The notes under the pieces are model-generated. The model ran no database searches. It saw nothing but the letters and a program-made list of their open reading frames with translations, and was not told where the DNA came from. Shown here piece after piece: positions 21,599 through 31,283 of a stretch of DNA of 64,000 nt. A program made the position numbers and the translations under genes. The stretch is taken from the IMG/VR virus record IMGVR_UViG_3300008111_000002, positions 124,001 through 188,000 of that record. The stretch is one strand, 5' to 3'. Within the stretch, counting starts at the first letter, position 1. Every line of letters begins with the position of its first letter.

Positions 21599-21620
21599 TA
21601 TTTACCGCTACCGATAAATA
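21599..21620. promoter_or_regulatory. back-to-back divergent late promoters (TAAATA on both strands)
   Basis: TATTTA 21599-21604 (minus) lies 7 nt from the gp14 ATG. TAAATA 21615-21620 (plus) lies 4 nt from the gp13 ATG. Both sit in a 33-nt gap. Confidence 0.7.
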
Positions 21621-21624
21621 CTGT

Positions 21625-22383
21625 ATGAGCCAAATTAATCCTGAAAGACAAGCTGTTTACGACTACTGCAAAGCCATGCTGGGCGATGGCATGATCGACG
21701 TAGAACTAGATCCTATACATTACGAAACAGCATTAAACAGAGCCCTAGCAACTTTTCGCCAACGTAGCGACAATGCTGTAGAAGAAAGTATGATATTTTT
21801 AACTACAGAAATTGATCAAAACGAATATATATTACCCAAAGAAATACAACAAGTTCGTCAAATATTTAGACGATCGGTTGGTTCTAGATCGGGTGGCGGC
21901 GGGGGTGGCACTGTATTTGAACCGTTCAATTTAGCCTATACAAATACATACTTGTTATCATCTACTAATATGGGCGGACTAGCTACCTATGAACTGTTTG
22001 CTGGGTATCAAGAAATGGTCGGAAGAATGTTTGGTGCATTTATGAACTTTCATTGGATTCCTCAAAGTAGAAAACTAGTATTACAACAACGACCTAGAAA
22101 TAACGAAGAGCTTATGCTTTGGTGTTATAATACTAGGCCCGATAGTTCAATAATCAACGATACCTATGCTAGTCAGTGGATTAAAGATTATAGTTTGGCT
22201 AACTGTAAAATGATACTAGGTCAAGCCAGAGAAAAATTTGCACAAATTGCCGGCCCAGCTGGCGGAACTAGTCTTAATGGCACTACATTAAAAACAGAAG
22301 CTCAGACTGAAATGGATAAACTAGTTGATGATTTGATGAAATTAGTTCCTGGCGGTCACGGCTATACATTTATTATTGGTTGA
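21625..22383 (+). CDS. gp13: neck protein (T4 gp13-like)
   Basis: YCKAMLG..MIDVEL..., WIKDYSLANCKMILGQAREKFAQI.GP.GG..LNG and C-terminal FIIG. Confidence 0.82.
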   Translation: MSQINPERQAVYDYCKAMLGDGMIDVELDPIHYETALNRALATFRQRSDNAVEESMIFLTTEIDQNEYILPKEIQQVRQIFRRSVGSRSGGGGGGTVFEPFNLAYTNTYLLSSTNMGGLATYELFAGYQEMVGRMFGAFMNFHWIPQSRKLVLQQRPRNNEELMLWCYNTRPDSSIINDTYASQWIKDYSLANCKMILGQAREKFAQIAGPAGGTSLNGTTLKTEAQTEMDKLVDDLMKLVPGGHGYTFIIG

Positions 22384-22408
22384 TTTTTTACTCTAGATAA
22401 ATTATAAT
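22380..22408 (+). promoter_or_regulatory. sigma70-type promoter
   Basis: TTGATT-17 nt-TATAAT upstream of the AGGAG RBS of the dNMP kinase. Confidence 0.65.
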
Positions 22409-22428
22409 ACTCTAGTCTAGGAGATATT

Positions 22429-23127
22429 ATGATTATAGGAATCTGCGGTTTTATTGGCAGCGGTAAAGATACTGTTGCAGACTATCTAGTAAACTTTCAT
22501 GGCTTTAGACGAGAAAGTTTTGCATCTACACTAAAAGACGCAGTATCCTCGGTATTCGGCTGGGACCGTACGTTATTGGAAGGGCGTACAAAAGCCGCTC
22601 GTGAATGGCGAGAACAGGTAGATCCTTGGTGGTCAGAACGCCTTAACATACCCACACTCACTCCTCGCTGGGTACTACAGTATTGGGGCACAGAAGTATG
22701 CCGTAAAGGCTTCCACGATGATATTTGGATTGCAAGTTTAGAAAATAAACTTAGAAACTCTAAAGATTCGGTGGTAATTTCAGATTGTCGTTTTCCTAAT
22801 GAAATTAAATCTATACGAGATGCCGGTGGTATTATTGTATGGGTAAAACGTGGCGCATTACCTGAATGGTACGAATGGGCATTGAATGCAAATCGGGGCG
22901 AGACAGGTAATATGTCTTGGGCAACCAGCAAGCATAATTTAGAAAAAGCGAGAATTCATGCTAGTGAAACTGCTTGGGTCGGTACTAAGTTTGATCACGA
23001 ATTGGATAATGATTCTACTATTGATGAATTATATAGTAAAATTAGAAATCTGGTACAAGATCCCCCTGACGCCAACGAACGCCCTCTTTATGTAGGACTC
23101 TCTGACAGTTTGCACATACAGTCTTAA
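22429..23127 (+). CDS. deoxynucleoside monophosphate kinase (T4 gp1-like)
   Basis: IIGICGFIGSGKDT P-loop, FA..LK, TPRWVLQYWGTE, VISDCRFPNE and HASE motifs. Confidence 0.9.
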   Translation: MIIGICGFIGSGKDTVADYLVNFHGFRRESFASTLKDAVSSVFGWDRTLLEGRTKAAREWREQVDPWWSERLNIPTLTPRWVLQYWGTEVCRKGFHDDIWIASLENKLRNSKDSVVISDCRFPNEIKSIRDAGGIIVWVKRGALPEWYEWALNANRGETGNMSWATSKHNLEKARIHASETAWVGTKFDHELDNDSTIDELYSKIRNLVQDPPDANERPLYVGLSDSLHIQS

Positions 23128-23374
23128 GATTATTTGGCCGACAATTGTTTAAATTTTCGTCTATATGATAAACATCAAACTGTTCTGGATGTTTACTGGT
23201 GTAACCACATTTATCACACTTGGATAATTTTTTATATCCCGCTCTATACCATTTTGGTATAACATCATCATTGCCGTAAAGACAGGTTTCACACTTACTT
23301 CTATAGTAAGTTTTACCATTTTTATGGTAATTAACTGCTGCGGGCCGTAAACCACACTTACATAAGGGTCTCAT
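23042..23374 (-). CDS. small zinc-binding HNH endonuclease-like protein
   Basis: CxC and CxxC pairs plus VYHIDENLNNCRPNNLKTVCANC. Confidence 0.7.
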   Translation of the reverse strand: MRPLCKCGLRPAAVNYHKNGKTYYRSKCETCLYGNDDVIPKWYRAGYKKLSKCDKCGYTSKHPEQFDVYHIDENLNNCRPNNLKTVCANCQRVLHKEGVRWRQGDLVPDF

Positions 23375-23379
23375 AAAAA

Positions 23380-23385
23380 TATTTA
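23380..23385 (-). promoter_or_regulatory. late promoter core (TAAATA)
   Basis: 5 nt upstream of the ATG at 23374. Confidence 0.55.
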
Positions 23386-23440
23386 CCCTTTTTGGCCCCT
23401 TTTCTTCTGGTTGTAAGCTACCGTTTTTTCAAAATGGCAA

Positions 23441-23446
23441 TAAATA
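23441..23446 (+). promoter_or_regulatory. late promoter core (TAAATA) for tail sheath
   Basis: ATAAATA upstream of the GGGAG RBS and the ATG at 23480. Confidence 0.6.
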
Positions 23447-23479
23447 TATTAGAGTATTTAATACCGGGAGATTTATCAG

Positions 23480-26400
23480 ATGGCAACATTAAATTCACCA
23501 GGCGCATCAGTAACCGTCATTGACGAAAGTTTCTATACGCCAGCAGAGCCAGGTACAGTTCCACTAATAGTAGTGGCTACCGGACAGAATAAAACAAATG
23601 GCGCAGGCACAGGCACAGCCGTAGCGACCACAAAAGCAAATGCAGGTAAAGCATTTAAAATTACCAGTCAAAGAGACTTAGTTGATAACTATGGGGTTCC
23701 TTTCTTTGAAAAAACAGTAAGTGGAACACCAGTACATGGATCTGAAAGAAACGAATACGGTCTTTTATCAGCGTACAGCTTATTAGGTGTATCCAATGCT
23801 GCTTTTATTGTAAGAGCAGACATTGATTTAACTCAGCTTGCTGGAAGCACAACAGCCCCGGGAGCGAACCCTGACAATGGTGACTGGTGGTTAGATACTG
23901 CCAACACCGCATGGGGTATTTTTGAATGGAATGGAAACGCAGCCAGCACAACAGGCGGTCAGAAATTTGCATCAAAGACTCCAATTGTGTTAACATCAGA
24001 TGATAACGTTAATCTTGAAAATAGTGGTTCATATGGTCGTGCTCCAAAATCAAGTGTTGGAGTTCCGGGCGACTATGCTGTAGTTGCAGAAATGAATGAG
24101 ACCTACACTGTTGATAAAGAATCTGTAAAGATTTTTTATAAGAGAGATACCACTTTATTAGGTGGCGATGCTTGGGTACTAGTTGGTTCTACTGCATGGG
24201 CTGCTAGTCATGCTACAGTAAAAAGTACAGTAACAAGCCCATCAATTACAGCTGGACAAACATTTTTAATTAACGGTGTAACTGTAACAGCTACTGGCAC
24301 TGATGCAACATCTTTAGTAACAGCAATTAATGCACTTAACATCAACGGCGTAACCGCAGCAAAAAGCTTTGATAGAGTATATCTATACACAGATGCTACT
24401 AACGACGATAATGTTGGCGATTCTGCTAGATCAAATGCAATTATTATTGCCAGTGGCGGCGGAAATTCTGGAACAATCTTAACAGACGTTGGACTTACTG
24501 CTGGTACCTACTACGGTCCACAGTTACAAATGAGTCCACATACACAGGTTCCTGAATTTAGATCAGACGACACAAATCCACGACCAAGCGGTAGTGTATG
24601 GATCAAAACAACAGAACCAAATATTGGATCTCGTTGGAGATTAAAACAATGGAGCAGCGGTACAAGTCTATGGACTGCTAAAGAATCTCCATTATATGCA
24701 ACAACACATGCAGCTATTTTTAATTTAGATAGAACAGGCGGTGGCACAAATATTCCGGTCGATACAGCATTTATTCAATATAATTCAACAGAAGATTTTG
24801 GATACGATAACACTCCACAGACAGCAACTTTCCGTGTATGGAAAAGAAAAGTTGCTGGACAAACTAGAGTAGTATCTGCTCCTGTTGCAGCAAATACATT
24901 TATAGCTGGAACAAATACTTTTACTATTCGAGAAATGGTAAAAGGTCAGTTAGCTCTTGACACAGCAAAAACTGTAACATTTACAGCAACCGCGGGTGCT
25001 TCTGATTCTGACAGAATCGCTACTGCAATTAATGCTTTAGGATTAACACAGGTTGAAGCAAGTGTAACCAGTGCAAATGAAGTTGTAATTGTCCACAAAA
25101 CAGGTGGAGATATTAGATTCACCGACGGAACGAATGTTCCATTGGGTAAAATCTTTACAGCATTTAACCAATCGGCATTAACAGGTACAGCTAATTTATA
25201 TTCTTTAGTTGGTATTGGTACCGGTGGTACTTTCTTAGCAAGTAACTGGTTACCATTGTTTAACGCATCGAATGATTTTAAATCTAAGAGATCTGCGCCG
25301 TTAAACGAGCCAGCTGACGGACAACTATGGTTTAATCCTAGTTTCAGCGATGTAGACATTATGACACATAACGGTACATCATGGAAAGGTTACAAAACAG
25401 TATTTCCAAATACTGACCCAGCAGGTCCAATTGTTGCAGCTTCAAAACCAACAACACAAAGTGACGGCACTGCATTAGTAGACAATGATTTATGGATTAG
25501 TACAGCAGATGCTGAAAACTTCCCAACTATCTACAGATATAATAATAATACTAAGGAATGGGTATTAGTAGATAAAACTGATGATCAATCAGAAGAGGGT
25601 GTTGTGTTTGCTGATGCACGTTACGGTTCAAGCGGTGCTACAGGAAACGTAGCAGCAAGTATTGTGACATTGTTAACAAATGATTTTGTTGATCCAGATG
25701 CTCCAGATCCAGCAAACTATCCAAGAAGTATTTTGTTATACAACACAAGACGTAGCAGTGGCAACGTTAAAAAATACAGAAATAATTATATCGATACAAC
25801 TAAAGACAACACACGTTATCTAGGTCAATCTATGGCTGCTTACGCAACTGATCGTTGGGTAACTGCAAGTGGTAATCAAGAAGACGGTAGTGGAACTTTT
25901 GGACGCATTGCTCAGCGTCAAGTAGTTGTACAGGCACTTAAAGCTGCTGTCGATACAAGTCAAGAAATTCGCGACGAAGAGCGTCGTAACTTTAATTTAA
26001 TTGCTTGTCCGGGGTATCCTGAGCTATTAAGCAATCTAGTTAATTTAAATCTTGATCGCGGTGTAACATCATTTGTTCTTGGGGATAGTCCACTAAGACT
26101 AACAGCAGATTCAACTAGTTTAACCAACTGGGGAACTAATGCTAACGGTGCATTAGACAACGGTGATAAGGGACTAGTAAGCTACGATGAATACAGTGCA
26201 GTTTGGTATCCAAACGGATTCACTACAGATCTAAGCGGTGTGAACGCAGTGGTACCAGCAAGTCACATGATGTTACGTACAATTGCTTTAAGTGATCAAG
26301 TAAGTTATCCATGGTTTGCACCAGCTGGTACAAGACGTGGCGGTATTACAAATGCAACAGCAGTTGGTTATATTGATAGATCAACTGGAGAATTCCAACA

Positions 26401-26836
26401 AGTAGCATTAAACGAAGGACAGCGAGATACATTATATGATATTAAAGTAAATCCAATCGCGTTCTTTAACGGCGTTGGGCATGTTGCATATGGTCAAAAA
26501 ACTCGTGCAAGAAATGCAAGTGCATTAGATAGAATTAATGTAGCACGTTTAGTAGTTTACCTACGTAGTCAATTAAGTAAATTGGCTCGCCCGTACGTGT
26601 TTGAACCAAACGATAAAATTACTCGTGATGAAATCAAACAAGCATGTGACAGTCTATTACTTGAACTAGTAGGTTTAAGAGCAATCTATGACTTCGCAGT
26701 TGTGTGTGATGAATCTAATAACACTCCAACTAGAATTGATAGAAATGAGCTTTATGTAGATATTGCAATCGAACCAGTGAAGGCCATTGAGTTTATCTAC
26801 ATTCCATTACGTATCAAAAATACAGGGGAGATTTAA
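23480..26836 (+). CDS. gp18: tail sheath protein (T4 gp18-like) with large insertions
   Basis: N-terminal SPGASVTVIDES. C-terminal PWFAPAG..RG, RDTLY..VNPI, ALDRINVARL, FEPND and VVCDESNNTP..IDRNEL...I.P.KAIEFI. Confidence 0.95.
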   Translation: MATLNSPGASVTVIDESFYTPAEPGTVPLIVVATGQNKTNGAGTGTAVATTKANAGKAFKITSQRDLVDNYGVPFFEKTVSGTPVHGSERNEYGLLSAYSLLGVSNAAFIVRADIDLTQLAGSTTAPGANPDNGDWWLDTANTAWGIFEWNGNAASTTGGQKFASKTPIVLTSDDNVNLENSGSYGRAPKSSVGVPGDYAVVAEMNETYTVDKESVKIFYKRDTTLLGGDAWVLVGSTAWAASHATVKSTVTSPSITAGQTFLINGVTVTATGTDATSLVTAINALNINGVTAAKSFDRVYLYTDATNDDNVGDSARSNAIIIASGGGNSGTILTDVGLTAGTYYGPQLQMSPHTQVPEFRSDDTNPRPSGSVWIKTTEPNIGSRWRLKQWSSGTSLWTAKESPLYATTHAAIFNLDRTGGGTNIPVDTAFIQYNSTEDFGYDNTPQTATFRVWKRKVAGQTRVVSAPVAANTFIAGTNTFTIREMVKGQLALDTAKTVTFTATAGASDSDRIATAINALGLTQVEASVTSANEVVIVHKTGGDIRFTDGTNVPLGKIFTAFNQSALTGTANLYSLVGIGTGGTFLASNWLPLFNASNDFKSKRSAPLNEPADGQLWFNPSFSDVDIMTHNGTSWKGYKTVFPNTDPAGPIVAASKPTTQSDGTALVDNDLWISTADAENFPTIYRYNNNTKEWVLVDKTDDQSEEGVVFADARYGSSGATGNVAASIVTLLTNDFVDPDAPDPANYPRSILLYNTRRSSGNVKKYRNNYIDTTKDNTRYLGQSMAAYATDRWVTASGNQEDGSGTFGRIAQRQVVVQALKAAVDTSQEIRDEERRNFNLIACPGYPELLSNLVNLNLDRGVTSFVLGDSPLRLTADSTSLTNWGTNANGALDNGDKGLVSYDEYSAVWYPNGFTTDLSGVNAVVPASHMMLRTIALSDQVSYPWFAPAGTRRGGITNATAVGYIDRSTGEFQQVALNEGQRDTLYDIKVNPIAFFNGVGHVAYGQKTRARNASALDRINVARLVVYLRSQLSKLARPYVFEPNDKITRDEIKQACDSLLLELVGLRAIYDFAVVCDESNNTPTRIDRNELYVDIAIEPVKAIEFIYIPLRIKNTGEI

Positions 26837-26839
26837 TAA

Positions 26840-27493
26840 ATGGCAATTACCTCATTAAACAAATACACAGTACCGTTAGCTAGTAATCAATCTAGCTCTA
26901 CGCAAGGTCTGTTAATGCCAAAACTCAAGTATCGCTTTAGAGTGATACTACAAGGATTTGGTGCAACTGGTTCTATTTCAACAGAACTGACCAAGCAGGT
27001 AATGGACATTACCAGACCAAAAGTTAGTTTTGAAGAAATGGAAATTCCTGTATACAATTCTAAAGTTTATCTAGCAGGAAAGTATACTTGGGAAACAATG
27101 ACATTAACTTTAAGAGATGATGCTAGTGGCAACGTTCAACGTCTAGTTGGCGAGCAAATTCAGAAACAATTTGACTTTATGGAGCAAGCCGCAGCACGTT
27201 CTGGTATTGACTATAAGTTTACAACTAAGATTGAAATCTTAGATGGCGGCAATGGTGCAAGTGCTCCAACTACTTTAGAAACTTTTGAAGTATACGGTTG
27301 CTTTATTCAAAACGCAGATTACGGCGAGATGAATTACGGAACTAACGAACCTGCAACAGTAGCATTAACTATTAGATTTGATAATGCCGTACAATACAAA
27401 GGCGGTCAGATCGACGGTATTGGTCGTGCAATTGGTCAGCGTGTTGCTGCTGGCGCTGGAAGTACTGGCGGTGGTTCAGCAACAGTTGGTTAA
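26840..27493 (+). CDS. gp19: tail tube protein (T4 gp19-like)
   Basis: Directly after the sheath gene; PKLKYRFRV, YLAGKYTWE.MTLTLRDD, GCF...DYG and LTIRFD motifs. Confidence 0.88.
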   Translation: MAITSLNKYTVPLASNQSSSTQGLLMPKLKYRFRVILQGFGATGSISTELTKQVMDITRPKVSFEEMEIPVYNSKVYLAGKYTWETMTLTLRDDASGNVQRLVGEQIQKQFDFMEQAAARSGIDYKFTTKIEILDGGNGASAPTTLETFEVYGCFIQNADYGEMNYGTNEPATVALTIRFDNAVQYKGGQIDGIGRAIGQRVAAGAGSTGGGSATVG

Positions 27494-27512
27494 TTAAGAC
27501 TGTAGCAATAAT

Positions 27513-27544
27513 AAAAAGCCCAGAGCAACTTCTGGGCTTTTTTA
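27513..27544 (+). terminator. rho-independent terminator
   Basis: AAAAAGCCCAGA-GCAACT-TCTGGGCTTTTTT. Confidence 0.9.
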
Positions 27545-27549
27545 TTCAA

Positions 27550-27555
27550 TAAATA
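27550..27555 (+). promoter_or_regulatory. late promoter core (TAAATA)
   Basis: Immediately after the terminator and 5 nt before the ATG at 27561; no RBS. Confidence 0.65.
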
Positions 27556-27560
27556 AATGT

Positions 27561-28688
27561 ATGGCAAATAAATTCACACGTTTCTTAAATGGTATTGTTA
27601 ACGGAGCAACAAATCCAAAAGGCAACATGGCCAACTGGAGGCATGCTACTCGAATCTTTGTTGATAATAACTATGCATTGGCGCCAAGAACAAAATTCAT
27701 GTTCTTTGTGCAATTTAATATTAGTAATGAAGCAGTTGGCGCGACCTCATTTAATGAAAGACACAGCGGAGAAGTAGGTCTATTAGTAAAAACTGCAGAT
27801 TTACCAAAATATGCTTTTGATCAAGTTATTAAAAATCAATATAATAGAAAAAAGATTTTATATAAACAAATTAACTATGAACCTATAACTATTACTCTTC
27901 ACGATGATAATACTGGTGTTGTTAATGCTATGTGGGCATTATATTACGGAACCCATATTGCTGATAGATTAGCACCGACTGCTGCATATACCACTGATCA
28001 TTATCGTCCTGCTGCTCAAGACATGGAGAATTATAATTATGGAATGGATAATCGATATTTTTCTCCCTTTTTTAATAGTATTTCAATTTATACAATGAGT
28101 CGTCGAAGATACAACGGATATACATTAATTAATCCAAGAATTACAAATTGGTCGCACGGCAATCTTTCCTATGCAGAAAGTGGAACTGCAGAAAGTCAAA
28201 TGACTCTTTCATATGAAGCTGTTCAATATAGTTCTGGTCAAGTATTTCAAGATGTTCCAGATGGTTTTGCCAAAGGTGCATACTATGACTTGGTACCTAG
28301 TCCGTTAAGTGTTGCTGGCGGTGGCGTCAGTAATTTGTTTGGCGATGGCGGAGTTTTATCAGGAATGGAATCAGTATTTGGAGATGTATCAAAAGGCAAT
28401 ATTTTTACTAAAAAAGGCGGATTTTTAAATACCGCTATTGCCGCAATTAATACTGCAAAAAATCTAAGTAATTTGACTAAAGAAGGTTTAGCAGCAGAAT
28501 TTGCAAATATTTTATCATCACCCGGAGGATTTGATGCTGCCGTTAATACCGTAGGAGGTATTGTTGGAACAGTATTTCCTAAAAATGCCGGAACCAGTCC
28601 ATCAAATAACGACGGAGTAGCATCGCCAAGAACCATTGCAACTGCTGCATTTACCGGAGCTCCTGTGACATCACCATCAGGAGAATAA
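27561..28688 (+). CDS. tail-tube-like baseplate protein (gp48/gp54-type tube initiator)
   Basis: Tube-fold pattern LVKTADLP...NQYNRK...YEPITITLHDD...LINP.I...H..LSY...MTLSYE. Confidence 0.6.
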   Translation: MANKFTRFLNGIVNGATNPKGNMANWRHATRIFVDNNYALAPRTKFMFFVQFNISNEAVGATSFNERHSGEVGLLVKTADLPKYAFDQVIKNQYNRKKILYKQINYEPITITLHDDNTGVVNAMWALYYGTHIADRLAPTAAYTTDHYRPAAQDMENYNYGMDNRYFSPFFNSISIYTMSRRRYNGYTLINPRITNWSHGNLSYAESGTAESQMTLSYEAVQYSSGQVFQDVPDGFAKGAYYDLVPSPLSVAGGGVSNLFGDGGVLSGMESVFGDVSKGNIFTKKGGFLNTAIAAINTAKNLSNLTKEGLAAEFANILSSPGGFDAAVNTVGGIVGTVFPKNAGTSPSNNDGVASPRTIATAAFTGAPVTSPSGE

Positions 28689-28689
28689 T

Positions 28690-29058
28690 ATGCCAACTAA
28701 TTTACCACCAAGACAATATACAGATACTGGTCAAGCAACAAAATTATTTTTTGATAGTTATGGAAGAGCACCTTTAGAATTCAATGCCAACGAAGTTGGA
28801 GCAGCGCAGGCATTTTTTGAAGAAAAAGGATTTGATATCGATGCCGCCGCGTTAACATCGGCTGTTCTTTTAAAACAGGCTAAGATTGATAATGTAAATG
28901 TATTTGAAATATTAGATACATTAAAAGGATTGAACAATCTTCAGTTAAGTTCAATTGTTGCAGAAATTATTAATAATAATAGACCAGCAACATCCACTCT
29001 AGGTTATAGAGCAGTAAAAGTAACTAACGACTCTGTTAATAGAAATATAATACCATAA
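28690..29058 (+). CDS. hypothetical protein (morphogenesis cluster)
   Basis: 122-aa ORF, AGGAG RBS, 1-nt spacing from neighbours. Confidence 0.6.
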   Translation: MPTNLPPRQYTDTGQATKLFFDSYGRAPLEFNANEVGAAQAFFEEKGFDIDAAALTSAVLLKQAKIDNVNVFEILDTLKGLNNLQLSSIVAEIINNNRPATSTLGYRAVKVTNDSVNRNIIP

Positions 29059-29059
29059 T

Positions 29060-29503
29060 ATGTCGTCAAGATTTGCTCAAGGTAAATTTGAAATGAAAAA
29101 TCCCGACAAATACATCGGGAAGAAAACTCCGCTAGCTCGTAGTAGTTGGGAATTTGTTTTTATGAAAATGTTAGATGAACATCCCGGAGTTGAACATTGG
29201 GCTAGTGAAAGTATACAAATACCTTATAGAGATCCATTAACTGGAAAATATACAATATATGTTCCGGATTTTTTTGTTCAGTATACTGATAAAAGTGGAA
29301 AAAAACATGCAGAAGTGGTAGAAGTAAAACCCCAGAGTCAAACACTAAGAGAACACACTGGTAAGAGTCAATATAATCAAGCGCAATATGTTAAAAACTT
29401 AGCCAAGTGGGAAGCTGCCGTTGCTTGGTGTAAACAAAAAGGTATCAAGTTTAGAGTAGTAAACGAAGGCGATATTTTCCATCAGGGTAAAAAACGTAGA
29501 TAA
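29060..29503 (+). CDS. gp4: head completion protein (T4 gp4-like, TnsA-type nuclease fold)
   Basis: QGKF..KNPDKY.G..., RSSWE..FM, WASE.I.IPY, YVPDF, EVKP, N.AKWEAA..WC...GIKFRVV.E. Confidence 0.88.
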   Translation: MSSRFAQGKFEMKNPDKYIGKKTPLARSSWEFVFMKMLDEHPGVEHWASESIQIPYRDPLTGKYTIYVPDFFVQYTDKSGKKHAEVVEVKPQSQTLREHTGKSQYNQAQYVKNLAKWEAAVAWCKQKGIKFRVVNEGDIFHQGKKRR

Positions 29504-29506
29504 GTA
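29501..29506 (+). promoter_or_regulatory. late promoter variant (TAAGTA)
   Basis: 5 nt before the ATG at 29512; overlaps the upstream TAA. Confidence 0.45.
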
Positions 29507-29511
29507 TTGAT

Positions 29512-29988
29512 ATGACTAAAAAACTTGAAGACCTTTTTAACTTACCTGAAAAAAAAGATGAAAAATATGTTTCATCAGTACCTGCCGAACACGAGCAGGT
29601 AAAAGATTTAGATCGTAGCTATAAAGAAGTTGAAGAAATAACCAAATCATTACCTGAAATTAAAGAATTAGAAAATCTTGATGAAAAAGAATTAGACGAT
29701 CTAGCTCAAAAAGCTGAACAAGCATATGATGATTTAATGGATTTGGGCATGAATGTAGAAGTGCGATATGCTAGTAGAATTTTTGAAGTTGCTAGTAGTA
29801 TGTTAGGACACGCAATTACTGCTAAATCTAATAAAGTTGAAAAGAAATTAAAAGCTATTGATTTACAGCTTAAAAAGTACAAAATAGACAAAGATACGCC
29901 AAGTTCAGAAAACGATGTATTAAATGGACAAGGATTTATTATTACAGATAGAAATGAGCTGATGAAAAAACTCAGCCAAAAGGAATAA
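29512..29988 (+). CDS. putative terminase small subunit (gp16-like)
   Basis: Helical protein with RIFEVASSML and C-terminal F..DRNELMKKL, resembling T4-like small terminases; lies upstream of the large terminase. Confidence 0.55.
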   Translation: MTKKLEDLFNLPEKKDEKYVSSVPAEHEQVKDLDRSYKEVEEITKSLPEIKELENLDEKELDDLAQKAEQAYDDLMDLGMNVEVRYASRIFEVASSMLGHAITAKSNKVEKKLKAIDLQLKKYKIDKDTPSSENDVLNGQGFIITDRNELMKKLSQKE

Positions 29989-29991
29989 ATA
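29986..29991 (+). promoter_or_regulatory. late promoter core (TAAATA)
   Basis: 5 nt before the ATG at 29997. Confidence 0.55.
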
Positions 29992-29996
29992 TACGT

Positions 29997-30572
29997 ATGA
30001 AAACTTTTAAAGAATATCTAGCTGAAAGCAAAAAAATGTGGTCCTTTAGGATCAAAGTTGCGGGTGAGCTGCCCGAGGGCTTTCAGTCAACAGTTAAAGA
30101 TCGTCTCCAAAAATTTGGATGCACACGATTTGATAAAACAGCTCAAACTCCAATACAGAAAAATGCTATTGATTTTCCGCAATTGGAAAACATAGAAGTT
30201 TCGATGTTTGAAGTTGAAACAGCATATCCTGTTACACCTCCAGAAATTGCAAGCATTATTAAATCATGTGATTTGATCAAAGAAGAATATGTGTTGGTGA
30301 GATACACTACTGAAGAATTGGAACAAACAGTTGCTGGCGATGAATCTGGTAAATCTTTGTTAACAGACCCGTCATATAGCGAAGTTGCTAAGATTAAACA
30401 TAAAGATTATTTTGGTGATGATTTTAATAAATCATTCTTAAAAGATTTAGAGAAAACAGCTAAAGCACGTAAAAAAGAATTGGGACATGACAAAGGTAAA
30501 CCTGATGTTCTAGGATCAGCTCCCAAAGCTAAAGAAGATAAAGCCGGTGCTAAAAGCGCCGTGGGGAGTTAA
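29997..30572 (+). CDS. hypothetical protein, probable internal head protein
   Basis: N-terminus MKTFKEYLAE resembles the T4 capsid-targeting sequence MKTYQEFIAE. Confidence 0.6.
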   Translation: MKTFKEYLAESKKMWSFRIKVAGELPEGFQSTVKDRLQKFGCTRFDKTAQTPIQKNAIDFPQLENIEVSMFEVETAYPVTPPEIASIIKSCDLIKEEYVLVRYTTEELEQTVAGDESGKSLLTDPSYSEVAKIKHKDYFGDDFNKSFLKDLEKTAKARKKELGHDKGKPDVLGSAPKAKEDKAGAKSAVGS

Positions 30573-30573
30573 T

Positions 30574-31269
30574 ATGAACTTTAATGAATTATATAGAAAA
30601 ATTGCAGATTTAGATAAACCGGTTGGCGAGGAGTGCGGAATGCCATCAGCAATGCCAAGTACACCTCCGGCAAACGAACCACCTCCTAGTATGAGCGTAA
30701 ATTTAAATGCTCAGGGAATGGATAATATTTCAAATCTAATGAAATTAATTTCTAAGGTCAATCCAGATGTAGCTGGACCAAAAGTAGATGCTATGGTTGC
30801 TCCTCTACAAATTAATAAACCGGATGCAATGAATAATGCAGAGTTAGATGACATTGATACCGATGATAACAAATTAGATATTGATGTCGACGGTGATAGT
30901 CAGCCAGACATTGCTCTTAAGAAGGGCGAAGCTTATAGTAACCAACCTAATGAACAATATGCAGACATAGACGACATTACAGTTAATGCAGGTGGCGGAA
31001 TGAATGGTCCAAAACATCCAAAAGATCTACGTGTAAAAGATCCATCACCTTACGAAAATGAAGCATACGAAAACGAGCCAGATGAAAAATATGATGATCA
31101 TTTAAGAATCATTAAACATCTAGCAGGTGGTATGAACAAAGAAAAAACAATGGTTAAGCACAGTTACAAACAAGGCGATAATCCAATGGCTATGCCAGAG
31201 AGCGAAGATCCTTTAGCAGCTATTAAAAATGATCTACGTGCTCGTTTACAAGAATATAAGAATCAGTAA
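30574..31269 (+). CDS. acidic low-complexity protein, possible prohead core/internal protein
   Basis: Start reassigned to MNFNELY (ATG 30574, GGGGAG RBS). Internal duplicated EAYxNxPxExY...xxAGGMNxxK units. Confidence 0.55.
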   Translation: MNFNELYRKIADLDKPVGEECGMPSAMPSTPPANEPPPSMSVNLNAQGMDNISNLMKLISKVNPDVAGPKVDAMVAPLQINKPDAMNNAELDDIDTDDNKLDIDVDGDSQPDIALKKGEAYSNQPNEQYADIDDITVNAGGGMNGPKHPKDLRVKDPSPYENEAYENEPDEKYDDHLRIIKHLAGGMNKEKTMVKHSYKQGDNPMAMPESEDPLAAIKNDLRARLQEYKNQ

Positions 31270-31283
31270 TAAGGATTGACCCC

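Noticed and set aside
1205-26160. Many 60-150 aa antisense or alternate-frame ORFs inside the fibre, gp15, gp14, kinase and sheath genes
   Set aside because: They are shadows of codon bias in Thr/Gly/Ala-rich genes, with no RBS, promoter or recognisable motifs.
29060-29503. TnsA-like transposase indicating a mobile element
   Set aside because: Motifs and position match the T4 gp4 head-completion nuclease; no other transposon genes or terminal repeats are present.
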